This document shows positions 39,656 through 51,461 of a DNA stretch of 64,000 nt, in pieces. Every line of letters starts with the position of its first letter. Position 1 is the first letter of the stretch. The stretch lies in assembly GCA_034780895.1 (NCBI GenBank), contig JAUZTB010000062.1, positions 5,908,985 through 5,972,984 of the forward strand, given 5' to 3'. The notes under the pieces were generated by a model that was not told the origin of the DNA, did not search any database, and worked only from the letters and a program-made list of their open reading frames with translations. Origin of the DNA: Rhynchobatus australiae. Lineage: Eukaryota. Both the position numbers and the translations under genes were made by a program.

Positions 39656-40940
39656 ATCATGTTTGAAAGATCATGGAAAATTCATTGTAACGTGAATCCA
39701 AAATAGTTCATTCTCAACAGATTTGCACTCTAGGCCAATATCAAATACATTTATTAAATAGTAATTAGTTTAGTTATAACTTGGGGCCCACTTGGCTCTG
39801 TCACAGAAGATGTTCTCTATAAATGTGCACAACTTGGAGAAGTAGGAGAGGCTGGAGGAAAAAGCATCAAGACCTATCTAGTTATCCCTTTGTCTTCCTG
39901 GTAGTCACATGATGCAGTGACTGATTAATAACTGGATTATAGGTGAAGTAATAGATTCTGTGTAATGTGAAGGAAAGGGTTGTTATCTAACCTGTCCAGA
40001 ATTGCAGAATCTCAATGATTGCTGAATCTTGCTGTTGACCTGTTTTATTTTTCCCTCTGTATCAGTAGAAATGGCTGTAATCTATCATCTGGATGGTGTG
40101 GACTTCATGCTTAATGTTAAAGCATTGTATTTGCTGCTGTTACAATATAATTAACAGTATGATATTTAGCAATACTGATCCTTGCTTGAGGGGAGTTATT
40201 GGGTTAAATTCATCTGTGTTCTTGAAACTCATTTTGAAACCATGTTAATTCTGCTGCCATATATGGAAGAATGAAAGCTAAGGCTGAGTTTCCTGTGTCG
40301 GCATGCTAGTTGTGTTTTACAGTAACTGCATTGTAAATGTTGACTGAATCCATTTTGGTGACCCTTCTGTTGAAAGTCTGTATACTTCAAGGTGTGTTTC
40401 AATTTTGTATGGTGAGGGGTGGGTGGGTAGGTCCACAAATACAGGCACTGCCACCACATCCCATTCCCATTCCCAAAAGTCTGGACATTAGAATTGTTCA
40501 TTGATTAACTGCCTTATTAAGACGCCTTGGCTGAATCACTGCTTAAAAACCGAAATATTTCATTATGTCTTACCTTTTTGTTTTAAAAAAAAATTCATTT
40601 GTACCTTTTTAAAATAAACAAGCATTGTCTTTTGATATGAAAAGTGAAATTTAAAAACTCCTGTCCTTTAACTTTATGAAGTTAAACTGCAATTCGCTAC
40701 AAGAGGAGTTCTATGAATTTAGAGTTTCAGGTTCCCTGTTTGGAACAGTATTGTCAGAGATGGTTTAAGACTAACTTGTTGTTTAGATCCTTCATGTATG
40801 ATGCAATCATAATGAAGTTGGTGTCAGTGTTGATGCTGAATCTTAAACCCCAGTGCTTAATTTCTGTGTGTGTGTATAATGATCTTGAACACTAGGAACT
40901 CACATTTTGCTGTTTCTATTACAGTTGTGTGAAAGGAGAA

Positions 40941-41130
40941 ATGGCAGAGCAAGAGCCAACCACAGAACAGCTGGCAGCAATTGCTGCTGAGAATCAGGAA
41001 GAAGAAACTGTAGTGAGTTACAAACCACCATCAAAGAAAACTCTTCAGGAGATCGAAGAACTGGACAAAGATGATGAGAGCCTCAGGAAGTACAAAGAGG
41101 TACTGCTGGGAAACCGCTCTAAACCTGCTG
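40941..41130 (+). CDS. ARHGDIA: Rho GDP-dissociation inhibitor 1-like, first coding exon (exon starts 40925)
   Basis: Acceptor tttctattacag|40925, ATG at 40941. Encodes MAEQEPTTEQLAAIAAENQEEETVVSYKPPSKKTLQEIEELDKDDESLRKYKEVLLGNRSKPA, matching the RhoGDI-alpha N-terminus. Donor G|gtaagt; 190 coding nt, phase 1. Confidence 0.96.
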
Positions 41131-41725
41131 GTAAGTCTGCTTTTGTTCAAGAATGTGGTAGTTATATCAGATACAGCTTTACCATCCTCACAGTTCCTTG
41201 GGACTCAGTTTTGCGTGTATGCTTATGGAAGGGTGATAGATTTATCCTCTATAAAATAACCATCTAAATGTTTCATGAGTTAGAAAGAAGCGGCTGAACC
41301 ATTCAGATAGACAAGTTCTGTTAGCTGATCCTTGTTGGATATTGGCAGCTGAAGGAATTTTCATTCTTATAAATACGGAAGCATATACAACAACCAGATT
41401 TTCTGCCCCATCTCAATTTTAAGACCCTTTATTACTAATTTCCAACTCTTGTGTGGTTTACATGGGATTTCTGGCTTAGACCATCTGGCCCAACTAGTCC
41501 ATGCTGGTGTTTATATTCTGCTCAAATGTCCCATACTTGTTTAAGTCTATTAGTGTAGCCCTTTATTCCCTTTCCCTCATAAATTTGTCCAGCTTACTCT
41601 TAAATGTTTCCATATCTTCACTTTANNNNNNNNNNNNNNNNNNNNNNNNNNNNNNNNNNNNNNNNNNNNNNNNNNNNNNNNNNNNNNNNNNNNNNNNNNN
41701 NNNNNNNNNNNNNNNNNNNNNNNNN

Positions 41726-43147
41726 GGAAAGGAGCACCATGCAAAAGTTTGGGCACCCCAAGAGATTTGAGCTCTCAGATAACTTTTACCAAGGTCTCAG
41801 ACAGGGCTATGGCTTGTTCACAGTCATCATTAGAAAAGGCCAGGTGGTGGAAATTTCAAAAGTTTTATAAATACCCTGACTCCTTAAACCTTGTCCCAAC
41901 AATGAGCAGCCATGGGCTCCTCTAATCAGCTGCCTAACACTCTGAAAATTAAAATAAACAATGCCCACAAACCAGGAGAAGGCTACAAGAAGATAGCAAA
42001 GCGTTTTCAGGTAGCCGTTTCCTCAGTTTGTAATGTAATTAAGAAATGGCAGTTAACAGGAACGGTGCAGGTCGAGTTGAGGTTTGGAAGACCAAGAAAA
42101 CTTTCCGAGAGAACTGCTCATAGGATTGCTAGAAAGACAAATCAAAACCGTCGTTTGACTGCAAAAGACTTCAGGAAGATTTAGCAGACTCTGGAGTGGT
42201 GATGCACTGTTCTACTGTGCAGTGACACCTGCACAAATATGACCTTCATGGAAGAGTCATCAGAAGAAAACCTTTCTTGCGTCCTCACCACAAAACTCAG
42301 CATCAGAAGTTTGCAAAGGAACTTCTAAACAAGCCTGATGCATTTTGGAAAGAAGTCCTGTAGAATGATGAAGTTAAAATAGAATTTTTTGGCTGCAATG
42401 AGCAAAGGTATATTTAGAGAAAAAAGGGTGCAGAATTTCATGAAAAGAACACTTCTCCAACTGTTAAGCACAAGGGTGGATTGATCATGCTTTGGGCTTG
42501 TGTTACAGCCAGTGGTATGGGGAACATTTCACTGGTAGAGGGAAGAATGAATTCAGTTAAATACCAGCAAATTCTGGAAGCAAATATCACACAGCCTGTT
42601 TTAAAAAAAACTGAAAAGAGGATGGCTTCTACAACAGGATAACGATCCTAAACACACCTCCAAATCCACAATGGACTACCTCAGGAGGCACAAGCTGAAG
42701 GTTTTGCCATGGCCCTCACAGTCTCCTGACCAAAACATCATTGAAAATCTGTGGATAGACCTCAGAAGAGCAATGCATGTAAGATGGCCCAAGAATCTCA
42801 CAGAATTAGAAGCCTTTTGAAAGGAACAATGGGCTAAAATCCCCCAAACAAGAATTGAAAGACTTAGCTGGCTACACAAAGTGTTTACAAGCTGTGATAC
42901 TTGCCAAAGGAGGTGTTACTAAGTACTGACCATGCAGGGTGCCCAAACTTTTGCTTCAGGCCCTTTTCCTTTTTTATTTTGAAACTGTAAAAGATGGAAA
43001 TAAAAAGTAATCTTGCTTAAAATATTAAAGAAATGTATCAGCTTTAACTTCATGCCTTTTGGAAATCAGGTCATCTTTTACTTGCTTAGCTATTCACAGT
43101 AACAGAAATTTTGACCAAGGGTGCCCAAACTTTTGCATGCCACTATA
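41726..43147 (+). mobile_element. Tc1/mariner DNA transposon, IR/DR (Sleeping Beauty-like) type; left end lost in gap
   Basis: Direct-repeat motif GCAAAAGTTTGGGCACCC at ~41741, with its reverse complement at ~42937 and ~43119. The right end ...TTTTGCATGCCACTA is followed by TA (43146-43147). Encloses a transposase pseudogene. Confidence 0.93.
41912..42929 (+). pseudogene. Tc1 DD34E transposase, disrupted by stops and frameshifts
   Basis: MGSSNQLPNTLKIKI...GEGYKKIAKRF...GRPRKLSE (paired-like HTH plus GRPR), then *NDEVK, PTVKHKGG.IMLWAC, QQDNDPKHTSKST, WPSQSPDQNIIENLW and ...KGGVTKY*. Confidence 0.92.
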
Positions 43148-43194
43148 TGTTTTGTGTGTTGTCTGTACCTACTTACCTGTGATGCTGCTGCCTG

Positions 43195-43794
43195 TGTCGA
43201 ATTCGGTCGGAGAGAAGACTCAAAAGACCACTGTTCTCGTTCAATCTCTTTATTACTTGATCCGAGGAGAGAGCATCAAGCCAGACACCTGTATCCTGGT
43301 CTGGGTGGTCTCTGTAATACATCAATTCACATACATTCTAATAGTATTTCAGAGAAGGAAGAAATTTACCATATATGGAATGATCACACAATAGTCAGGC
43401 AACATAGCACTTATTTCTTACATGGTGATTGGTTATGGACAAGTAATCACTTACAAAAAATAATACTGCTGTTGAGACAATAGTTCCTTAATTTCTCTAG
43501 GCCATTTTGTTCTCTCGTTTATCTTTACAGAAACAAAGTTTCTCAGTGTGGTTTCAGGGTCTTGCAAACTTTGCTGAGCAAAGAACCTATTGTGCTGGTA
43601 CTATCGCATCTCAAGGTTGCAGAGAACTAGCTCATGCATGGGAAAAACATTCGAAGCAAAGCAAAGCACAGCTAATTTTAAGCAGTCCCAACTTAGGGAA
43701 AAGCACAGCCATTTTTAAGTGACCTATAATTCATGTCTTAGGGCTCACAATCTACAATATACTAACCTTTCTTTATACCTTGTACAAATTGTCA
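43195..43794 (-). repeat. 3' LTR of the ERV (~600 bp)
   Basis: Begins with TG immediately after the PPT, has AATAAA on the minus strand at 43254-43249 and ends ...CGACA at 43195. The far end is inferred because no second LTR is present. Confidence 0.7.
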
Positions 43795-45153
43795 TTCCCT
43801 CCTTTTATCATCTCATGATAACCATCATCTATGGGGAGTGGTTTCAGTAGTTCTTTGTGATCCTGGCCCCGGGGTGAACTCCGGGGAACCAGTACTTTTT
43901 GTGTGGGCATCAAGCCCTCGACTGAATTCATCATTCGGTGCAGAATACACTTTAATATGGCTGGCCAACAAATAGACCTATGATGATTATTAAAGCATAA
44001 ATTGCCAGGTTAGCCAACCAACTGCTCCATCCCGATAACCCCCAGTTTCCCCGCTCCTATCCTGGTTCCTTCCTCCACCTAGTCCCTACCTCCTTAATGT
44101 TGGAGATGTGCTTTTGAATGTGCTGAGACAGATCAGTAATGTTGGAAGAAACATCAGGTATAAATGTGCAGCATACCTTCCCTATCATGGTGCAAGTGTC
44201 CCCCTTCTCTACCAGGATAAAGTCCAACGCCATCCTATTCTGCAATACTGTTAGGCGGATGGCTATCATTTCAGTTGTTATGCTGTTCACCTGCGCTTGA
44301 GTGTCCCCTAGGGTGTCGGCCATATTGTTAGCAAGCTCTTCCAGAACCGCCGCTAATTTCTGAATTTCCACCCCCGCTCTGGCAGTACCATATGATGGAA
44401 ACAGAGTCCAGAGAAATTGATCCATCTCTGTCACCTTCCGTCTTTGCTAACCAGTGTGGGTGTTCCTGGGGGTTGTTCAGGATACGCAAATGAGGGGCAT
44501 GGTAAGCAAGGTAACAACACCCACTCCATCCTTTCTGTGAGGTGGGCGTCCTTCCACCCTTCTTGGGGGAAAGGTTGTTTCCCAGGTAACCAGGGAGAGG
44601 CCTTGTTCCCACATACCCACTGAGTTCCATTCACAGGACGCAGCCCTCCCCCATTCTTGGAGGTGAAATTAATCGTTCAGGTACAACTACTGTTCCCCAA
44701 TTTATAGGGGGCACTTCTGTTATAGTTGCAATAACAGGTGGCGTCCACCAGGGAGTCAGGAAGTATAATAGTTAGCCCAGGACCCAGTAGGGTATAATTT
44801 TTCAGGAGAGGCCTAAGGTGCCATCCTTCATAACAGCAAGGATAACAAGTATCCCAGTCTAATGACTGGTAACCATCTGGCTTGCATTTTTCTTTTTATC
44901 AAGTTTCATTCCCTTCCATCCATCTGATAGACCTGGTTTCATTCTCAGTGAGGGGTATCTCTGAAGTGGGAATCATCCCACCAAGGTGGAGTATTTCAAC
45001 ACATACCCAACATCTGGTTTTATCTTCTTGCCCAGCATAAACAAGGCATAATGATAAAAAGGAGTTGCGATTTCTCATCACTGATTCTACTGCCCCTATA
45101 GATCCTAGCACTATAATAATCCCAATTCCCAATCCTCCCATTCTTATTTTCAT
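43773..45153 (-). pseudogene. Gamma-type retroviral envelope (SU+TM), disrupted
   Basis: Signal-peptide-like MKIRMGGLGIGIIIVLGSIGA, CWVC motif, basic QRRK before the TM subunit, immunosuppressive domain LQNRMALDFIL, CX6CC (CTMIGKVCC) and hydrophobic anchor LAIYALIIIIGLFV. Contains internal stops and frameshifts. Confidence 0.9.
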
Positions 45154-45244
45154 CTCCTACCTCTTTCTTATGTTATCCCTCCTTTTATCCTACCTCTGCT
45201 ACCTCTGCTCCTGACTCCTCTCCCTGAGACGTGAATACAGTTAT

Positions 45245-46210
45245 CAGTGATCCTTTACTGGATTTGAAGTCAAGTGTTTCATCCACTTCTTGCAATCTCT
45301 CAGATGTATCCACCACTCATGCCCCTTCACTTTGATGGTTGATGGCGTTTGTAACAGCACCTGGAACAGTCCCTTCCAATGAGGTCCCAGCTTCGGTCTT
45401 TTCCAGTAATGGATTAGGACCTAGTCACCTGGTCCAGGATCAGGCCAATCTCCCTTCGTATCTTTCTGGTAAGCCTCTTTCACCTGTGAATGGAAGGACC
45501 TGAGAGAAAGAGTCAATTGCTCGCAATAGTCCTGTAGTTCCTGTCCCATCATCTGTAGGTCCATAATAGGGGGAGGGGGGTTGTCACCGTCCCAGGGAGC
45601 TCGGGCAGGTCGTCCATATACTATCTTGGCTGCAGTCAGTCTGGTTCTACTCTGGGGAGTGACTCGCTTATGGTATAATGCCAGTGGGAGTACCTTTAAC
45701 CAATTCTGTCCTGTCTCTAAAGTTAATTTAGTCAGTTTGTCCTATAGAATTCCATTGGCTCTTTCTACAGCGCCTGCTGCAGTAGGTGATGGGAGCAATG
45801 TAATTGCTGATTAATGCCTAGGGCTGTGCACAGCTTTTTATTAATTTTTCCAACAAAGTGAGGTCCATTGTCCGACAAAAATTGCCATGGTATCCCAAAT
45901 TGGGGAATGATGTCTTTTAATAAAATTTTCACTACCGTACTTGCCTTGCTGTTGACCATTGGAAAAGCCTCAATCCATTTACTAAACATATCAGGGATGA
46001 CTAAACAGTACTTATAACAATGTACCGGCGGTAATTCAATAAAGTCTATCTGCAGTGTCTCAAATGATCCCCCAGAGAGGGGATTCCTTCCTTTTTCACA
46101 CTCAATTGACTTCTCTGGGTTACTTCTTTGCAAGTCACACACCTCATAGCTTTGTTTCTGGCTACCTCTTCCATATTGGGATTCCACCATGTTTTGAGCA
46201 AAACCATACA
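45245..46210 (-). pseudogene. Retroviral integrase (pol C-terminus), frameshifted
   Basis: WWNP...CVTC (second half of the HHCC motif), LQIDFIELP, DMFSKWIEAFP, SDNGPHF, GAVERANGIL*DKLTKLTLETGQNWLKVLPLAL, and a GPY/F-type module PGD*VL...PHWKGLFQVLL...WIH. Confidence 0.93.
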
Positions 46211-49200
46211 CAATGGGGAACAATTAATACTGAGTCAATTTGGTTTGGGAAAGTGAGTGTAATAAGGATCAAAATGTCTTGCATCCCATCTGATTCTAAC
46301 AAAATAAAGCATTCTTGAGGGAGAGTGTCCCCTGGAGAGGAATCTGGTTGCTATGAATCCTGAGAGTGTCTTGGCTGCCAAAACATGTGGCAAGAGAACA
46401 AGACTTGTCTCAGCTGGTAACTGGCTCCAGTTCCTGTGAATGGAATGGAGTTAAAATGATCAGCTGAGCTTTCTAATGACTGCTGGAAATGGGGCATTGG
46501 AAATTTTGAGAAACATTTAATGTGGACTTAATTCTGGTTTGTCTCCACTTCCTCCCCTCTCGCATATGGTCAAGGTAGCCTTTTAAGGTCAAGAATGTTT
46601 TGTAGCAGAAGGCAATTTGCATGATTGGTTGAACATGAGAAGAATTCAACTTTCCCAGCTAATAATAACTCTAAATCTGCCTCACCATATTCTGTTATAA
46701 TACTAGATTACCAAATATTCATACTGGTCAGGAATTCAGTATGTTATTGTGGAATATAAAATCCTTTGAATCATTGCAGATTTAATAACCTCAGGAAATA
46801 GCACCGTTTTCATTAGAACATAACGTTAGGAAATCCAGTAGTGGTGGAATTGAAATTGAATTTTATTAGGGTACTTTGGGAAGCTTTTTTCACTTAAATT
46901 TATAAACAAGACCAGAAGTTGCAATTTTTTAATGTAGGTAGATGAGGCATATATGTCATTTTCTATGGAGCATTGTTTTTCTTTCATGGGTTTTGGATGC
47001 TGAATATCTTGAAGGCCAGCATTTATTGCCCACCTTTTAATTGGTTTCAAGGCAGTGAGCTAGTGTCTTAGACTGCAGTTTGTAAAGTGAGTTAATTCCT
47101 GTGGTGCTGTTGGTTCCAGGATTTGAAATCATTGATGTCAAAGGAGTGCTTTCAAGACACTTGGCAGGAAACTGGCAACTGGTGGTAGCGTTTTTGTGCT
47201 TCTGATTTTGTTGTCCTTCTGGGTAGTGGAGGTCAGGAAAGTTGGGAGTAACTCATTAAAGAAATACCAGAAAAGATAAAGGGTGGAATGAAGTGGACTG
47301 AGGTCTGCACAGCTGGACTCTAGTGTTGTGTTTCTATCACTCCATGATACCTTCAACAAAATATAGTGATCTGAAATTAGTTGTACAGCATCCAGGGCCT
47401 TTTTGGATTTGTATGATTTTGTGGGAAGGTGCTTCCTGATTTCTCACCCCAGTGACATATTTCTAACTTTCAGGTCAGTTCTCTTACAATGGATTCATCC
47501 TCTAACACGCACTATTTCTTTGCATTTCCCATATCAGATTCTGTGGTCTTTTAAATGACTGATTTCAGGTTCATTCAACCTGTCCTGTAATCAGACCCAC
47601 ATCATTCTGATGTGCATCTTTTGTATGCCTAGACTTTGTTGGTGTCCACAACCAGATACTTGTTTGGGTCTGGCTAAAACGGGCCACAGTCAAATCATCT
47701 CTTCCACTCTTTTCCTCAACTTCTTGAAGGTAATGGCCAACATTCGATAAATATTTACTCCAGTCCTTTGGTTAAACCTAATGGTCAGCTGACTGTCTTT
47801 AGACTTTCTGGCAATTTGTCCATTTACCCAAAGTTCTTTTTCTTTCTCCTGTGAAAAAGAATATGGTACACGCTTACCTGGAGGATTTTTTAATGGAGTC
47901 TGACTAGGAGTGTTGCAAGATTACATCTTTTTCAGATTTTTGATAAGCCAATTGTCTTTGTAGAAATAACAGCAAAATTTGAGACTATGACAAAAGAGAA
48001 TGCTGGAAACTGGAACAAAAAGTGACATCAGATCCTGTTCTTATTCTAAAACAAAGCTATTTTAAGTATTCATGCCAGTGCTTTTTTTTCCTCAAGGACC
48101 ATTCTATAGTTCTGTACAATCTGAAGTTTTTTAGCCTCTGACACTTCCACTATCCTGTTGGTGCTATTAAACCAAATGTTGGCTGGTTTTAAATACATGA
48201 TGTGATCACAATCAGAAAAGTTTCTGGATTTATTTCTCAGAAAGCATAATTTAGCTAGTTGATAAAATTGAGGTATTTACTATTTCCCTTGTACTTGCTG
48301 TTCAAGCAGGGTGGTCACAGAACATGTGCATTTTAGCATGCTAGTTTTCAGTGTTACTTTCCTAATACTCTAGTGTTGCTGGTTTGCATAGTATCCATGT
48401 GTTTCTGTCGGGTGCTTAAAACTACATAGACTTTCTCTGGCAAGTATACGGTCCCTGCTGTCTTGACTGCTCATGCACTTAAACAATATTTAAGAGCCAC
48501 AGTGACATGGTAGTTCACAGTTTGTGCAATTGACTGCAATTAGACCTTGCATTTTCCAAATGCAATTTATTGTCTGGATCTACATCTCCAACAGAAAGGG
48601 TCAAAATAAATTATCTCGGTAAGTAATTTAGCAACACATTGAGGTTTTGTATCATTTTAAACTCTAGATGGTTAGAATTGGGTGACTTTTAATTACTGCC
48701 TTTTGGATATTTTTCTTTTCCCTCCTTTCTTGATGCTTTATGTTTAAAGGTAGTGTATTCTTGTCAGAGTTTGTAATGTTTGGCCAATGTGGACAAAAAT
48801 CTCCTGAATATTGAATCTTGTAGCATAACAGCTCAAGCTTTAATCCACAAATGCAAGAGCCAAAGTTGCAGGTCGTGCAGTAATTGAATGAGTCTTCAGT
48901 GTGATCCCAGCTGCAATACTTTTGCTGAGAATGTCTAATGTGGCTTCTCAGTGTTAGTTTCCACTTTTCATTCAGNNNNNNNNNNNNNNNNNNNNNNNNN
49001 NNNNNNNNNNNNNNNNNNNNNNNNNNNNNNNNNNNNNNNNNNNNNNNNNNNNNNNNNNNNNNNNNNNNNNNNNNNNNNNNNNNNNNNNNNNNNNNNNNNN
49101 NNNNNNNNNNNNNNNNNNNNNNNNNNNNNNNNNNNNNNNNNNNNNNNNNNNNNNNNNNNNNNNNNNNNNNNNNNNNNNNNNNNNNNNNNNNNNNNNNNNN

Positions 49201-49929
49201 NNNNNNNNNNNNNNNNNNNNNNNNNNNNNNNNNNNNNNNNNNNNNNNNNNNNNNNNNNNNNNNNNNNNNNNNNNNNNNNNNNNNNNNNNNNNNNNNNNNN
49301 NNNNNNNNNNNNNNNNNNNNNNNNNNNNNNNNNNNNNNNNNNNNNNNNNNNNNGACTGTGAGTTGATGTGCCAAAAATCATTTAAAAATGGCTCTTCAGA
49401 TTGGTGACTGGATAATTACTTGGCTTTAACATAGTGTCTGGACTCTGGTTTATTTATATCTGCTCAGAAGATAATTTGGAGTTGGAATGTGATGCACCTT
49501 GAAATGTGAGCTAACTGGCATGCATACTTGATCTTGCCTTGAATTCTGCCCATATCTCAACACCTTTTCTCCAATGATCCCTATTTCTGTTGACCTACAT
49601 TGGCTCTCAGGCTAATAGATTTTAAATTCTCATATCATCTTTCCTAATCCCTCCGTAGCCTTGTCCATCTCTTCCTGTAACTTCAGCCCTACAAGATCCA
49701 GCAGCTCAGCTTTCCTACAATTCTAGCCTCTTGGGGATTCCTGTTTGTTTTTAATTGCGGGGTCATCAGCTGCCTAGCCCCACTTAAACCTTTGTCTAGC
49801 CCCTTAAGATGTTCCACCTTTTTAATTTGGCTTTTGAACATCTGCTGTAAAACCTCTATCTGTCTCTGTGCTAGAAACAGTGTTGTAAAACAGGCAAGAT
49901 TAATTTGCACAAAATTTAAAACAAAACAT

Positions 49930-50770
49930 AAAATGCAGCAAACACTCAGGTCAAGCAGCATCTTTGGAAAGAAGACTGAGTCGATGTTTCAAGTGAAGGT
50001 TCCTTGTTAGAACTAGGAAAGAGGAAAAAATGAGTTAGCTTGTAGTTGCAGAGAAGGGGAGGATGGATTAGTCAAAGGGAATATTGTGTTTGGGTGAGGC
50101 CAGCTTGGGTGTGGCAATAAATTGTAGTCAATGAGTTAATGGCAGTAGTTGGTGATAAGTCAAAGGTGTGTGAAATACTGGGCCATTAGGCATGTCTGGC
50201 AAGCCAGGCTGCACTGATGCCCAGTATCACAGGTTTTGGTTTGGATTGGGAGTGATCAGTTCTGATACAGACAAAGTGAGTTACTGGATTTCAGTATTGA
50301 GTTTGGAAAGCTGCCGTGTACCCAGATGGAAGACGAAGTCCTCAAGCTTGCCTTGGACTTTGTTGTAACAGCACAGGAGACTACAGACTGGTCAGTGTGT
50401 AATGGAAAATTAAAGTGTGGACTCCATATCAAACTGTAAAACGTTGGATAATTAAATTTGTCTTTATCAGAGCTAGCTGTCTCTTGCTGTAAGTCAACAT
50501 CTGTGATACCAAATTCTTCCTGTTTCCTTTGGCACAGGCTGAGACACTGGGCATGTCTCTCAGCCCTGCATTTTGCAAAGTTTTAAACTCCATTGTCTGT
50601 ATTAGAGATACTTTGTCTTTATCTCCTCACCCCCACCCCTGCAACTTAAAACCAACTTGTTATTTCCTAATGAAGGGTCTTCAACCTAAAATTTTAACCC
50701 TGTTTCTTTCCACAGATGCTGCTTGACCTGAATGCTTCCAGCACTTTCTGTTCTTATTTCTGATAACATG
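49930..50770. mobile_element. Penelope-like insertion with divergent (inverted) ends
   Basis: Minus-strand end at 49930-50030, GIY-YIG remnant (KLEDFVFHLGT) at ~50290-50400, and plus-strand end at 50600-50770. Confidence 0.6.
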
Positions 50771-51364
50771 CAGTTTTTTATTTCTATTAACTTACATTTG
50801 GTTTTGAAATAGAGGAAATGGAAGTTGCAGTAACTTTTACTGAAAGTGAGCAATTTCTGCAGAAAATTTCAGCAAGTGGAGGATGGTTACATACAAGTAA
50901 TGTGCATACATATATCTGCCACTCAGTGCAGTATGATCACCAAACAAGATTGATGGGAGAATTACCAATCATCTCCCCTCTGGCTAGCCACAGTATTGTC
51001 AGTATATGGAGCTTTTATTTAAACAAAATACCTGTGGGGTGCCTTAGGATACTTTACCATGTTAGAGATGGTAATGAAAATGCATTGTTTTGGGCTTTAC
51101 TTTGTTAATGGTTTGTATTCTCCAATGGCCCATATTTGATTCTCAACTCACTTGAAATGAGTGTGGAGGTTGATTATAAAATTTGAAGTGCATTTGCTGA
51201 GTGATACTGTGACCCATTCTGCACAGTAAATGCAATGTACACAACTGGTTGTGAATTTGCATATTTCTCAGCCTTCCCAAATGGAGCTGAGGTGATTGAC
51301 TTGTCATGGCTTACTGTCATTAAGCATGGCTTTGTTAGNNNNNNNNNNNNNNATTTGCTTTAGA

Positions 51365-51461
51365 GATTGTACCTAAATCCAGCCTGCTGCCTTTCCCAAT
51401 AAAGCTACTTGGGATTGTACCTAAATCCAGCCTGCTGCCTTTCCCAATAAAGCTGCTTGGG
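51365..51461 (+). repeat. 48-bp tandem duplication (2 copies)
   Basis: GATTGTACCTAAATCCAGCCTGCTGCCTTTCCCAATAAAGCT(A/G)CTTGG at 51365 and 51413. Confidence 0.9.

Larger units (their letters stand above)
43195..46210 (-). mobile_element. 5'-truncated class I (gamma/epsilon-like) endogenous retrovirus: integrase-env-PPT-3'LTR
   Basis: Integrase and env remnants lie in retroviral order on the minus strand, followed by the polypurine tract AAAAGGAGGGAA (43806-43795) and then TG. No RT, gag or 5' LTR is visible beyond ~46210. Confidence 0.93.

Noticed and set aside
44057-44434. Open Env TM stretch as a domesticated syncytin-like gene
   Set aside because: The SU is broken by stops and frameshifts, a stop precedes the membrane anchor, and the adjacent integrase is decayed to a similar degree.
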